Shown here piece by piece: positions 9,292 through 18,466 of a DNA stretch of 64,000 nucleotides. The position numbers were made by a program, and so were the translations under genes. The notes under the pieces were generated by a model. It ran no database searches, had not been told where the DNA came from, and saw only the letters and a program-made list of their open reading frames with translations. The DNA is taken from the NCBI GenBank assembly GCA_003552125.1, contig PUON01000081.1:4417-68416 (forward strand). The letters run 5' to 3'. The stretch comes from Dehalococcoidia bacterium. GTDB lineage: Bacteria > Chloroflexota > Dehalococcoidia > GIF9 > AB-539-J10. How positions within the stretch are numbered: the first letter of the stretch is position 1; each line of letters starts with the position of its first letter.

Positions 9292-9901
9292 AGTCGCTTT
9301 CACCACGTGACTCACCAGCCTCTTCGTGCGATGATGAGGAGGATGAAGATTTGCCCCGGCGTCGCCTGCTGGACCGTCGACGGCTCCACAGAGAGGAGAA
9401 GAACTGCTTATCAAGCAGGTGGCGTGCATCCGCGACGTTAAAGAGATCGCGCGAAGTGGCGCCCTCAAAATACGCCACCTCGACATGCTTTCCCATGTTC
9501 TTCACTGCCTGCAGTGCATACGCGAAGTCCGCGTCTCCACTAACCAGTATCGCAGTATCGTAGAAGTTGTTCCACGCGAAGTGGAGGAGGTCGGTGCCGA
9601 GCATTATGTCGACACCCTTCTCCATTTGCGTTCCCTGCGCAGTCTTAATGCTCCCGAGGCGCACCTCCAAGTACGGGGTGCGGCGAAGCGTATCGAGGAA
9701 GTCCTGCTGTTCCCGGAATGCATCCGGGCGCTGTGACACGTCCTGCAGCGCATTGTAGTAATAGGTCCGAAACAGACAACGATCACCGCACAGCTTAGCA
9801 ACGAACTGCGTGAAATCGAGGTCATGGCGCCTGAGACTGCCCTCGAGGGCATGATAAAGGTTGCTGCCGTCAATGAAGATCGCAACACGTTCAGGCGCCA
9901 T
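9272..9901 (-). CDS. NYN/LabA-like domain protein with Ser/Arg-rich C-terminal tail
   Basis: VAIFIDGSNLYHALEG...LVSGDADFAYALQ matches the NYN (LabA) fold. ATG is 8 nt after AGGAG. The 3' end overlaps fabF by 20 nt on the opposite strand. Confidence 0.7.
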   Translation of the reverse strand: MAPERVAIFIDGSNLYHALEGSLRRHDLDFTQFVAKLCGDRCLFRTYYYNALQDVSQRPDAFREQQDFLDTLRRTPYLEVRLGSIKTAQGTQMEKGVDIMLGTDLLHFAWNNFYDTAILVSGDADFAYALQAVKNMGKHVEVAYFEGATSRDLFNVADARHLLDKQFFSSLWSRRRSSRRRRGKSSSSSSSHEEAGESRGESDFNRRNV

Positions 9902-9928
9902 GCACAATACTCCTGTAATTGCCTGTGT

Positions 9929-10792
9929 CTAATGAGACGGTTTGGTGTGTTGCTGGCGCGCCGCGAGCGCGTGCGTAATGCGGTCGATGAGGATCGCAAG
10001 CATCACGATGGACAGACCCGCCTCAAATCCCCGCCCGACTTCAATCCGGTTAATCGCGAGTAAGACTTCCATTCCAAGTCCTCGAGCACCGATCATCGAG
10101 GCGATCACGACCATTGCCAACGCCATCATCGTGGTCTGGTTGATACCAACCATGATGGATGGAAAGGCGAGTGGGAGTTGGACCTCCCAGAGGATTTGCC
10201 TGGATGTTGCACCGAACGCCTTAGCTGCCTCGATAACGCTCTGAGATACCCCGCGTATGCCCACGTTGGTGAGGCGGATAACCGGCGGCACGGCGTATAT
10301 CACTGTAGCGAATACCGCAGGGACTTTTCCGAGCCCGAAGAACATCAGCGCCGGAATAAGATACACGAAGCTCGGCATAGTCTGCATGCCGTCCAGGATC
10401 GGCCTGAGGACACCGGCAAAGGTATCGCTCCTTGCCATCGCGATTCCAGTCGGTATTCCGATAAGCAGGGATATCACGACGGCCGCAAAGATCAGCGCCA
10501 GCGTCATCATTGCGAGATCCCAGTACCCAAATGACCCGATGATGACGAGGAAGCCGCCCAGGAGCACAGGAGCCCACCACTTCCGAATTGCGAACCATGC
10601 CAGGACCGCAACACCGATAAGCACCACGAACCAAGGCAACCAGAGCAATGCGCGCTCGAACGCGACCAGGACTCCAAGCAATACGTCGCCTATCACATCG
10701 AGAATCGCGCCCAGATTAACAACTATCCAGCTGACGGCACTGTCAATCCAGCCGGCAAGTGGCAATTTGAGAAACCCGGGAAAATCCATCAT
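9929..10792 (-). CDS. proW: glycine betaine/proline-type ABC transporter permease
   Basis: Polytopic BPD_transp_1 permease. Its start overlaps the upstream ATPase stop by 4 nt (ATGA). Part of a three-gene operon with a CBS-domain ATPase and an OpuAC-type binding protein. Confidence 0.85.
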   Translation of the reverse strand: MMDFPGFLKLPLAGWIDSAVSWIVVNLGAILDVIGDVLLGVLVAFERALLWLPWFVVLIGVAVLAWFAIRKWWAPVLLGGFLVIIGSFGYWDLAMMTLALIFAAVVISLLIGIPTGIAMARSDTFAGVLRPILDGMQTMPSFVYLIPALMFFGLGKVPAVFATVIYAVPPVIRLTNVGIRGVSQSVIEAAKAFGATSRQILWEVQLPLAFPSIMVGINQTTMMALAMVVIASMIGARGLGMEVLLAINRIEVGRGFEAGLSIVMLAILIDRITHALAARQQHTKPSH

Positions 10793-12147
10793 GACTTCGC
10801 TCCTTCGCCGGAGTCACCAGTGGGAGATGAATCCTCGCGCGTAACGCCTGTGTCTTCATCCACGACCTCAGCCTGCTCGACACTGGCTTTCTCTTCTTCC
10901 TCTTCTTCCTCCTCTTCCTGCTCACGTATCATAGTGGCGATGATAGTGCTTACGTATACCTCGCCAAGGAATCGTTCGTCCTCATCCACCACAGCTACCG
11001 GATAACGACTGGCAGCGACCATCGGGACAAGATCCTCGACAACCGCATCGGCACTACACGTGGCCAGGTCCGGATCAAGGGCGTCTCTAAGACGGGTACC
11101 TCTCCTACGGATGAGGCGTACAAGGCCCTCGACCGTAACCATCCCCAGCAGCCTGCCCTTCCTTGCCACCACAAACGCACTGTCGACGTTTGCGTCACGA
11201 AGTATCTGCAGCGCGGCTTTTGGACCCTGCCACGAGTACAACAGTACCGGTGGCTGCTCCATCACGGATCGTGCAGTGAGCACCTTGGTGGGTGACGCAT
11301 CCTGGACGAACTGTCGGACATAGGAGTCACTTGGATTGGTAATCACCTCTTCAGGACTTCCAATCTGTATGATCTCGCCGTCACGCATTATCGCCATCCT
11401 GTCTGCAACCTTCAGGGCCTCAGTGAGATCGTGTGTCACAAACAGCAGCGTCTTCTGCAACTCGGCCTGAAGATCCATCAATTCATCCTGCATCTGCCGG
11501 CGAATAAGAGGATCCAACCCACTGAACGGTTCGTCGAGCAGCAGTATTTCGGGATCACCTGTCAGCGCGCGTGCGATACCGACGCGTTGCTGCATACCGC
11601 CGCTGAGAGCGGCAGGAAGATGGTGCTCCCACCCTTTCAATCCGACCTTCTCGATATACACCTGCGCCCGCTCGTATCGTTCCGCCTCAGGTACGCCACG
11701 CACTTTCAAACCGTAAGCTACGTTATCGAGCACAGAGCGGTGCGGGAGCAAACCGAAGTGCTGAAATACCATGCCGGTAGTACTGCGGCGCAGTTCACCG
11801 AGCTTATCGTCGTCATATGGCACGATATCGTCACCGTTTATGAGTACACTGCCGGCCGTGGGTTCGGCAAGCCGAATCACACAACGGATCAGCGTGGACT
11901 TGCCACTGCCAGACAGGCCCATCAGTACGAAAAACTCACCACGACGCACTTCGAACGACACATCGCGGAGTCCAACCACACAGCCGGTATCCTGCAGAAT
12001 CCTGTCTTTGCTTGCGTTCCTGAGTTCCGGATCCTCAACGACCTGCCGCGGATTGGGGCCAAATACCTTCCAGAGGTTTCTCACCTCGACGCAGACCTCA
12101 CGGTCTGCGTCGAGGATCTGTGTACTGCCTTGTTCTTCTTCAGCCAT
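10789..12147 (-). CDS. proV: glycine betaine/proline-type ABC transporter ATP-binding protein with tandem CBS domains and poly-Glu tail
   Basis: Walker A GLSGSGKST, signature LSGGMQQRVGIAR and Walker B LLLDEPFSGLD. C-terminal CBS pair followed by EQEEEEEEEEEEKASVEQAEVVDED. The start (12147 versus 12153 or 12165) is uncertain. Confidence 0.85.
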   Translation of the reverse strand: MAEEEQGSTQILDADREVCVEVRNLWKVFGPNPRQVVEDPELRNASKDRILQDTGCVVGLRDVSFEVRRGEFFVLMGLSGSGKSTLIRCVIRLAEPTAGSVLINGDDIVPYDDDKLGELRRSTTGMVFQHFGLLPHRSVLDNVAYGLKVRGVPEAERYERAQVYIEKVGLKGWEHHLPAALSGGMQQRVGIARALTGDPEILLLDEPFSGLDPLIRRQMQDELMDLQAELQKTLLFVTHDLTEALKVADRMAIMRDGEIIQIGSPEEVITNPSDSYVRQFVQDASPTKVLTARSVMEQPPVLLYSWQGPKAALQILRDANVDSAFVVARKGRLLGMVTVEGLVRLIRRRGTRLRDALDPDLATCSADAVVEDLVPMVAASRYPVAVVDEDERFLGEVYVSTIIATMIREQEEEEEEEEEKASVEQAEVVDEDTGVTREDSSPTGDSGEGAKS

Positions 12148-12174
12148 TCTCATTACGCCTCGCACGTACTGCGT

Positions 12175-13191
12175 CTACAGGGCGGCCTTCACCGCATCGG
12201 CAACATCGGCTGGTACCCACTGCGTCCACCAGTCTTCGAACTCACGCAGGTAGAACATCGCAGCCTCTTCGTAAGAAGCGTTCATCTCGTCGAGATACGC
12301 AAGCACCACGTTGTGTTGCTCAGTCTCCGTGCGATAGTTCCCCAGGAATTCAACAATTCCAGGATTACGTTCCGCAAACTCGGAATTGACCGCAACGTTC
12401 ACGTTGTTTGACGGATACGCACAAGCGCGCGTAGTCGCCCAGATCTCTTCATCGAACGGTGGCTCCTCGAGCGGATACATATCGAACTTGCCCAGTGCAG
12501 GTGTAGGCGCCCAGTAATAGCCGAACCACGGATCGCCCCGCTCATACGCTCCGGCCATCGATCCGGACAATGCGGCATCGGATCCGGCGATGAAGTCAGT
12601 GAAGTACTCGTCAAGTCCGTATTCAACCAGCTTCTGGGAATTGATGTCTGTTGCTTCCCAGCCGGGTATGCCGTTTACGAAACGTCCCTTGGATGGATCC
12701 TCCGGATCGCGGAACAACTCCCAGTATTCAGGCATGTCAAACACGCTGCGCAGATCCGGAGCCATTGCCTCAATGCCACGATCGGGGTCGCCGTAAATCA
12801 CGTACCTGGGTACCAGCCAGCCCTGCCAGTTGTCGTCGAAGTTGTTGCCCAGGTCGATGATGTCACCGGCGGCAGTGGCCTGATCGAAGGCTTCCTGCTG
12901 GTTTTCAACCCAGACTTCCATGTTGATGTGGACATCACCACGGACAAGGCCCTGATGAATGGTAACGGTGTCACCAGGAATGAACTCGATATCCGTGTAT
13001 CCGTAGCCGTGCTCCAATATGAAGGCAGCGATACGGTTGTTGACAAGTGCACTGTCCCATTGCAAATCACCGAAAATCACCGTTTCGCGGTCTGCATCAG
13101 GAGCGCATCCCATAAGAGGCACTGCAACCAGTGCAACACCCGCTGCGAGCAGCATGGCCCCTCGCCAAAAACGTCTCTTGCTTGTGTTCAT
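12175..13191 (-). CDS. proX: glycine betaine-type ABC transporter substrate-binding lipoprotein
   Basis: Signal peptide with lipobox (LLAAGVALVAVPLMGC). Aromatic-rich OpuAC-like body (W/Y-rich box). GAGGAGG lies upstream. Confidence 0.8.
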   Translation of the reverse strand: MNTSKRRFWRGAMLLAAGVALVAVPLMGCAPDADRETVIFGDLQWDSALVNNRIAAFILEHGYGYTDIEFIPGDTVTIHQGLVRGDVHINMEVWVENQQEAFDQATAAGDIIDLGNNFDDNWQGWLVPRYVIYGDPDRGIEAMAPDLRSVFDMPEYWELFRDPEDPSKGRFVNGIPGWEATDINSQKLVEYGLDEYFTDFIAGSDAALSGSMAGAYERGDPWFGYYWAPTPALGKFDMYPLEEPPFDEEIWATTRACAYPSNNVNVAVNSEFAERNPGIVEFLGNYRTETEQHNVVLAYLDEMNASYEEAAMFYLREFEDWWTQWVPADVADAVKAAL

Positions 13192-13642
13192 TATGTCGAT
13201 TCCTCCTCAGTCTCAATCTGATGTCGCGACACCCCACCCACACACCTCTTCCCTGACGACAGCATAGGAAAACTTGTGAGTCGTGGCCGACGGCTGAAGC
13301 AAACGCGGTAGAACAGGGTCATTCAGGGAACGGGTACAGAGGGGCGATGAGCGGCCAGGAAAGTGAGAATGGCCTCAGGTAAAAGTGTCCACCATGCGCC
13401 CGAATCCTCCTTGCGTGTCCTCGTTCTGGTAGGATGCGTTGGAAAACGCCCTCTCCGGCGTTATCTGCTGCTTTATCCTATGCAATCCGAAAGACTCTGT
13501 CAATTACACGCGGCTACTTCTAACGCCGCCTGCACGTGCAGCATATACGTTAACCACATATAATGGGAAGAGTGCGAAAGAAAACGGCGCCTCATTTTCG
13601 GGGGTCGCACTCTCGGTACTCTGTTATTGCAGGCGGCTAATC

Positions 13643-14128
13643 ATGGGAGCGAATCTCACCGCATTCCTCAAAGCGGAGAAGACTCCATTTAAGTTCGTCG
13701 AGAAAAGCTCGACTCATCATGCATCCGATGCGGCTCGAGCGACAGGTATACCACTGGCACTGATTGCGAAGTCGATCGTGTTCACAGGATCGAACAACTC
13801 ACTGTTGATTGCGGTTGTACGGGCAGATCACATGGTGAGTCGACACAAGCTGGCCACCTGTGCCGGCCTGCGTCAGATCGAAGTCGCACCCGACACCGTC
13901 GCCGAAAAGGCCACAGGGTTCCCCACAGGCGGTATCCCCCCGGTTGGCCATCATAGGAAACTGCCCGTGTTCGTGGACACAATGGTCGCACACATGGAGT
14001 CTGTGTGGTGCGGCGGTGGCACAAGGAACAGGCTGGTGCAATTGTCCACAGCAGATATCATCAGGCTGACCGATGCCTTCGTGTGCGACATTGCCGTGAC
14101 CGATTCCAGAATCCCTGAACGTTCCTAG
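13643..14128 (+). CDS. ybaK: YbaK/ProX-type aminoacyl-tRNA deacylase
   Basis: MGANLTAFLK...GFPTGGIPPVGHH... shows the YbaK editing-domain signature. The track ORF start at 13439 is rejected because its N-terminal extension is not protein-like. Confidence 0.75.
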   Translation: MGANLTAFLKAEKTPFKFVEKSSTHHASDAARATGIPLALIAKSIVFTGSNNSLLIAVVRADHMVSRHKLATCAGLRQIEVAPDTVAEKATGFPTGGIPPVGHHRKLPVFVDTMVAHMESVWCGGGTRNRLVQLSTADIIRLTDAFVCDIAVTDSRIPERS

Positions 14129-14715
14129 AGATCGGCGAAGACCTGCGGCGCCTGCTCTTTCATTATGTCCCGCAATTGACGTGCAACTTCGCGGATCTCC
14201 GGCAATGCTCTTGGCGAAAGACGCAACGTAATAATGTGCCGCAGCTCCCGAAAATTCCACGTACAGATTATGTCCGTGTAGCACGCATTCGGCAGCACAT
14301 AGCGAGCTATCTCGGGCTTCAATCCCTGCCTGAGCAAATCACGATATGCTCCCCATGCATTGTTCATCGCCTGCCGATAAGCAGCAACAGCCTCTTCAGA
14401 TACACGAACTTCGGGAGGGCACAGGTACGATTCCTGATCCTCGCGCACATATCGCTGACTTCGCTGGCTGTAGCTCGCCAGCCGATGACGCACCAGTTCG
14501 TGGGTCATGGCCCTGCTGCCGCGTATACTGAAAGTGGCGCAGGCGTGCTCGATCATTGATTCATGGCCGATGTTGATCCACGAATGAATGCGATCCGGGA
14601 CCGTTCCCGTCTTATCCTGTGTATTCCAACACAGTCGGCCCGCAGACTCGATTACCCGCTCGGCGTCGGGAGTGATGGTAAGCAGTGATACCTTTACATC
14701 GTACGACTCAGACAT
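14125..14715 (-). CDS. thyX: FAD-dependent thymidylate synthase
   Basis: ThyX motif RHRxxSxxxxSxR (VRHRLASYSQRSQRY). The 3' end overlaps ybaK by 4 nt (convergent). Confidence 0.85.
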   Translation of the reverse strand: MSESYDVKVSLLTITPDAERVIESAGRLCWNTQDKTGTVPDRIHSWINIGHESMIEHACATFSIRGSRAMTHELVRHRLASYSQRSQRYVREDQESYLCPPEVRVSEEAVAAYRQAMNNAWGAYRDLLRQGLKPEIARYVLPNACYTDIICTWNFRELRHIITLRLSPRALPEIREVARQLRDIMKEQAPQVFADL

Positions 14716-14779
14716 TCAGTCCCCCGTTGTAGTAGGTTGGGCCGACGCGCCAGCCGCGCCCACAGGAATTATACAGAGA

Positions 14780-14803
14780 GACGGGCGGCAGACGCCGCCC
14801 GTC
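14780..14803 (-). terminator. 10-bp GC hairpin between abfD-like gene and thyX
   Basis: gacgggcggc-agac-gccgcccgtc, a perfect stem lying 42 nt downstream of the 14845 stop on the minus strand. Confidence 0.45.
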
Positions 14804-14844
14804 CCAGTCAGCGGAGTTACAGTTCACCGAATATGGATTCCCGA

Positions 14845-16314
14845 TTAGTCGTACAGGGCTTCGCGTTCATCGATTCCCGCCAGCTTGCGAGCCATCTTCT
14901 TCTTGCTATCCATCTGTGACTGACGCTCGATCATCACCTTCTGAGCCTGCGGTGAACCCGCGCCATGCATGGACTCGGTACGATAACTCGGAGCACTTAG
15001 CCCGAACGTCATGCTGTTGATGAGCGAGAGCATTCGAAGGCGCTCTTCAGCCGACACCTCATTCGAACCCTTGAAGTACTTCTCGACGTACTTGCCGATT
15101 TCCGGGCTGCGGAGATCACACTCGGATGGGATGGTTACCAGTGCACCTCCCGCCAGATCCTCCGCAATGCGGCACAGTTCATAAGGGTACCTCGTGACAT
15201 TCATCTTACACACATTTGCGAGCAGTATATCGGGCAGGAAATTGCCGGCCTTCGTCTTCGTGCCCTGTGTCGAAGCTGCAAGGCCACATGCATGCAGCGT
15301 TTCGATAAGATGGTTCATCTCCGAGATTTTATCGCGAACGTGAGATGCCTTGGCGACGTTACTGTAGTCGGTCATCGTGGCAGTGGCGCCAACAAGCACA
15401 TCTCCAATCCCCGGCTTGCAGCCTCCATAGCTCTGGCGATGGTAGCTCGCGAATCTCTCGACCACCATGCCGGAGAAATCGACCTCGCCGCACATGAATA
15501 CCCTTTCCCATGGCACGAAAACATCATCGAGGACAGTCAGAGCCTCCTGTCCGCCAAACTGGCAGTTGCCAACATCGATGTCGCCTTCCTCAAGCTTTCG
15601 TTTGTCGCAAGATTGCCGCCCATAGATGAAGTGAATGCCCGGCGCATCCGATTGGATAGCGCAACACACAGAGTAATCTTCGTCACCGGGCCGCATTGTA
15701 AGGGTGGGCATTATCAGCATCTCGTGAGAGTTCACGCTACCCGTCTGATGAGCCTTCGCGCCCCGAATGACAATGCCATCGGCTCTGCGTTCTACCACAT
15801 GAACGAACACATCGGGGTCCGGTTGCTCGCTCGGACGCAATGAACGATCGCCCTTAACGTCGGTCATTGCGCCTTGAACGCACAAGTCATTCTGCTGAAT
15901 GTACTTGAGCCACTCTCTGAAGCGTCCATGATACTCGGTGCCGTGTTTCTCATCTATTTCAAATGTGGTGTTGAATACGGCGTTAATCGCGTCCATACCG
16001 ACGCAACGCTGAAAGCAGCAACCGGTCCGCTGTCCCATGATTCGCTGCAACTTGAGCTTCTTAACGAGGTCGTCAACGCTCATGAAGAGCGATGTGAAAC
16101 GATTAATCTTCTCTCCAGTCAGCGAAGATGTAGTTATCGCAAGGTCCTCATACTCAGGCTCATATGCCATCTTGTACGTTAGGGCGATCGAGTTGATGGA
16201 CGGTCTTATCACCGGATGGTCCACGAAGTTTTCTACTCTCTCACCGAACAGCCACACGTCCGATTTCAGCTCGCGCAGGCTGTCGATGTATTGCTGTGCA
16301 GTCTTAAGTCCCAT
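14845..16314 (-). CDS. abfD: 4-hydroxybutyryl-CoA dehydratase / vinylacetyl-CoA delta-isomerase (HpaB-fold flavo/FeS enzyme)
   Basis: Near colinear similarity, from memory, to Clostridium aminobutyricum AbfD: MGLKTAQQYIDSLRELK...RTGCCFQRCVGMDA (C-x3-C Fe-S ligands)...GAKAHQTGS...HGAGSPQAQ. The true ATG at 16312-16314 lies 7 nt after AAGGAGG; the track ORF extends to 16626. Confidence 0.85.
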   Translation of the reverse strand: MGLKTAQQYIDSLRELKSDVWLFGERVENFVDHPVIRPSINSIALTYKMAYEPEYEDLAITTSSLTGEKINRFTSLFMSVDDLVKKLKLQRIMGQRTGCCFQRCVGMDAINAVFNTTFEIDEKHGTEYHGRFREWLKYIQQNDLCVQGAMTDVKGDRSLRPSEQPDPDVFVHVVERRADGIVIRGAKAHQTGSVNSHEMLIMPTLTMRPGDEDYSVCCAIQSDAPGIHFIYGRQSCDKRKLEEGDIDVGNCQFGGQEALTVLDDVFVPWERVFMCGEVDFSGMVVERFASYHRQSYGGCKPGIGDVLVGATATMTDYSNVAKASHVRDKISEMNHLIETLHACGLAASTQGTKTKAGNFLPDILLANVCKMNVTRYPYELCRIAEDLAGGALVTIPSECDLRSPEIGKYVEKYFKGSNEVSAEERLRMLSLINSMTFGLSAPSYRTESMHGAGSPQAQKVMIERQSQMDSKKKMARKLAGIDEREALYD

Positions 16315-16354
16315 TAGATGTATCCTCCTTACGCGCCCGGCGCAACTGTCCGTA

Positions 16355-16383
16355 TTATATTCGCAAACAAATTCGGCAGCAAA
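16355..16383 (-). promoter_or_regulatory. putative sigma-70-type promoter for abfD-like gene
   Basis: On the minus strand, TTGCTG-17 nt-TATAAT upstream of the abfD RBS. Confidence 0.3.
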
Positions 16384-16447
16384 GGGAATCGAGTGCAGTA
16401 GCCGGCCGTGCACGCAGCAACGACAGATCCCGACTCCTTGCCACACT

Positions 16448-16476
16448 TTGAACCGCAGGCATATCTGTACTACAAT
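16448..16476 (+). promoter_or_regulatory. putative sigma-70-type promoter for prfA
   Basis: TTGAAC-17 nt-TACAAT, 30 nt upstream of the prfA start. Divergent from the abfD promoter. Confidence 0.4.
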
Positions 16477-16505
16477 CGAATCCGCCCCAGCACGGAGACC
16501 CCTGC

Positions 16506-17573
16506 ATGAAATACGAGAAACTCGATCGAATGTATCGCCGATACCGGGAAATCGAGCAGCTGATGAGTCAGCCTGAATTCGCGACGAACCCGGCCAGTCT
16601 GCAATCCCTGGGTAAGGAGCACGCATCCCTGCACCCCGCAGCCACGGCCTATGCCGCGTACCTGGATGCTGAGCAAGAGGTTGCGGAGGTTCGTGGACTC
16701 CTTGATGAGACGACAGACTCCGAGATGCGCCAAGTAGCCAAGGAGGAGCTGCAGGCGGTCGAGCAGAACCGCGACGAGCTCGAAGGGGCGCTGACGCCCT
16801 ACATGATCGAGATGGATCCCAACGATGATAAGAACGTCATAGTGGAGATACGTGCGGGAACGGGCGGCGAGGAGGCGTCATTATTTGCGGCCGATCTCTT
16901 CAGGATGTATAGCCGGTACGCTCAGCGCCAGGGATGGGATGTCGAGGTCATCGACAGTACCATGAGTGGTACCAAGGGCTACAAGGAGATCGTCTTCGAG
17001 ATACGCGGACAAGGAGCATACAGCAGGCTGAAATACGAGCGCGGCGTGCACCGCGTACAACGCGTACCAACAACAGAAGCAGCAGGACGAATACATACCT
17101 CGGCGGCAACCGTTGCCATCCTTCCTGCGGTGGAAGACATCGAGCTCGACATCAATCCTGATGACATTCGCACGGACATCTTTCACTCCGGCGGCGCGGG
17201 CGGCCAGAACGTCAACAAAGTGGCGACAGCGGTGCGCCTTACACATCTCCCAACGGGCGTCGTCGCAATCTGCCAGGACGAGCGCTCGCAGTTGAAGAAC
17301 CGCCTTAAGGCCATGGCTGTGCTGCGAGCAAGGCTCTTCGATGCGAAGAATCGCGAACAATCAGACCGGATCGAACAGGATCGGCGAAACCAGGTCGGCT
17401 CTGGAGACCGTTCAGAGAAGATACGCACCTACAACTTTCCACAGGATCGCATCACCGACCACAGAATCAATCAGAGCTTCCACAACATAGAGCGCGTACT
17501 CGACGGGGAACTGGACGACATCATAGATGCACTCAACGCCGCCGCATTGCAGCAAGCCGGCTCAGCCGCTTAG
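16506..17573 (+). CDS. prfA: peptide chain release factor 1
   Basis: RF1 tripeptide region QRVPTTEAAGRIHTSA and GGQ motif (HSGGAGGQNVNK). GGAG lies 8 nt upstream. Confidence 0.9.
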   Translation: MKYEKLDRMYRRYREIEQLMSQPEFATNPASLQSLGKEHASLHPAATAYAAYLDAEQEVAEVRGLLDETTDSEMRQVAKEELQAVEQNRDELEGALTPYMIEMDPNDDKNVIVEIRAGTGGEEASLFAADLFRMYSRYAQRQGWDVEVIDSTMSGTKGYKEIVFEIRGQGAYSRLKYERGVHRVQRVPTTEAAGRIHTSAATVAILPAVEDIELDINPDDIRTDIFHSGGAGGQNVNKVATAVRLTHLPTGVVAICQDERSQLKNRLKAMAVLRARLFDAKNREQSDRIEQDRRNQVGSGDRSEKIRTYNFPQDRITDHRINQSFHNIERVLDGELDDIIDALNAAALQQAGSAA

Positions 17574-18435
17574 CATACAGGGAGCTCTGCAGCGGGCCGC
17601 ACAATTGCTTGCTCGCGCGTCCAGTGACAGCCCTCAACAGGAGGCGCACATCCTGCTTCAGACTGTGACGCGTCAATCACTGACGCAGGTCATGTGCAGC
17701 CTGCAGCGTATTCTGACAACAGATGAAGCGAAACTGCTGGAAGAGTGCCTGCAGAGAAGACTCGCGCGGGAGCCTCTTCAGTACATTCTGGGTCATGCGA
17801 CCTTTCGTGGATGCCACATCCACCTTAATCATCACGTCCTGATTCCCCGACCCGAAACCGAGTTGCTGATAGACGTAGCGCACGACGTGCTGGATCACGC
17901 GACCACGCGGGTTCAAGTCCCACTGATTATCGATGTCGGCACGGGAAGCGGCGCCGTTGCGGTGTCGCTCGCATGTGAGTTACCCCACGCACGCGTAGTG
18001 GCAATCGACACTTCCGCCCAAGCGCTCCAGGTGGCTCGAACAAACATCTGTGCGAACCACGCGGACGATCGTGTCACCCTTATTCGCGGAGACCTCGTGT
18101 CAATGATCGGCCGCAACACAGACGTGGTCGTCGCCAATCTCCCCTACATCCCCACAGACGAACTGTCACACCTTGCTCCAGAGATCTCGCAACACGAACC
18201 ATTGGTGGCATTGGACGGCGGACCTGACGGACTGCGGCTACAGCGCCGGATCTGTGAGGAGGCGATTCACGTACTGAAACCAGGCGGATGGCTGCTTGTG
18301 GAGATCGGCCATTCGCAGAGTCACCCGGTGACGCACATGCTGTCGAGCGTCCATTGGGACCGTGTCGATATTGTACGTGACCTGTCAGGTATTCCACGGG
18401 TAATCGCGGCACGCTCGCGTGATCCGCAAAGGTAA
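17527..18435 (+). CDS. prmC: release-factor glutamine N5-methyltransferase (HemK)
   Basis: SAM-binding IDVGTGSGAVAV and catalytic NLPY(I/P) motif (NPPY variant). The only canonical start in frame is ATG 17527, which overlaps prfA by 47 nt; the start is uncertain. Confidence 0.75.
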   Translation: MHSTPPHCSKPAQPLSIQGALQRAAQLLARASSDSPQQEAHILLQTVTRQSLTQVMCSLQRILTTDEAKLLEECLQRRLAREPLQYILGHATFRGCHIHLNHHVLIPRPETELLIDVAHDVLDHATTRVQVPLIIDVGTGSGAVAVSLACELPHARVVAIDTSAQALQVARTNICANHADDRVTLIRGDLVSMIGRNTDVVVANLPYIPTDELSHLAPEISQHEPLVALDGGPDGLRLQRRICEEAIHVLKPGGWLLVEIGHSQSHPVTHMLSSVHWDRVDIVRDLSGIPRVIAARSRDPQR

Positions 18436-18466
18436 TCAGGCCGCATGGATGGTCCAGGGAGACAGG

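Noticed and set aside
13439-13642. N-terminal 68-aa extension of the ybaK track ORF
   Set aside because: The extension (MENALSGVICCFILCNPKDSVNYTRLLL...) is not protein-like, whereas homology begins at MGANLTAF (ATG 13643, preceded by AGGCGG).
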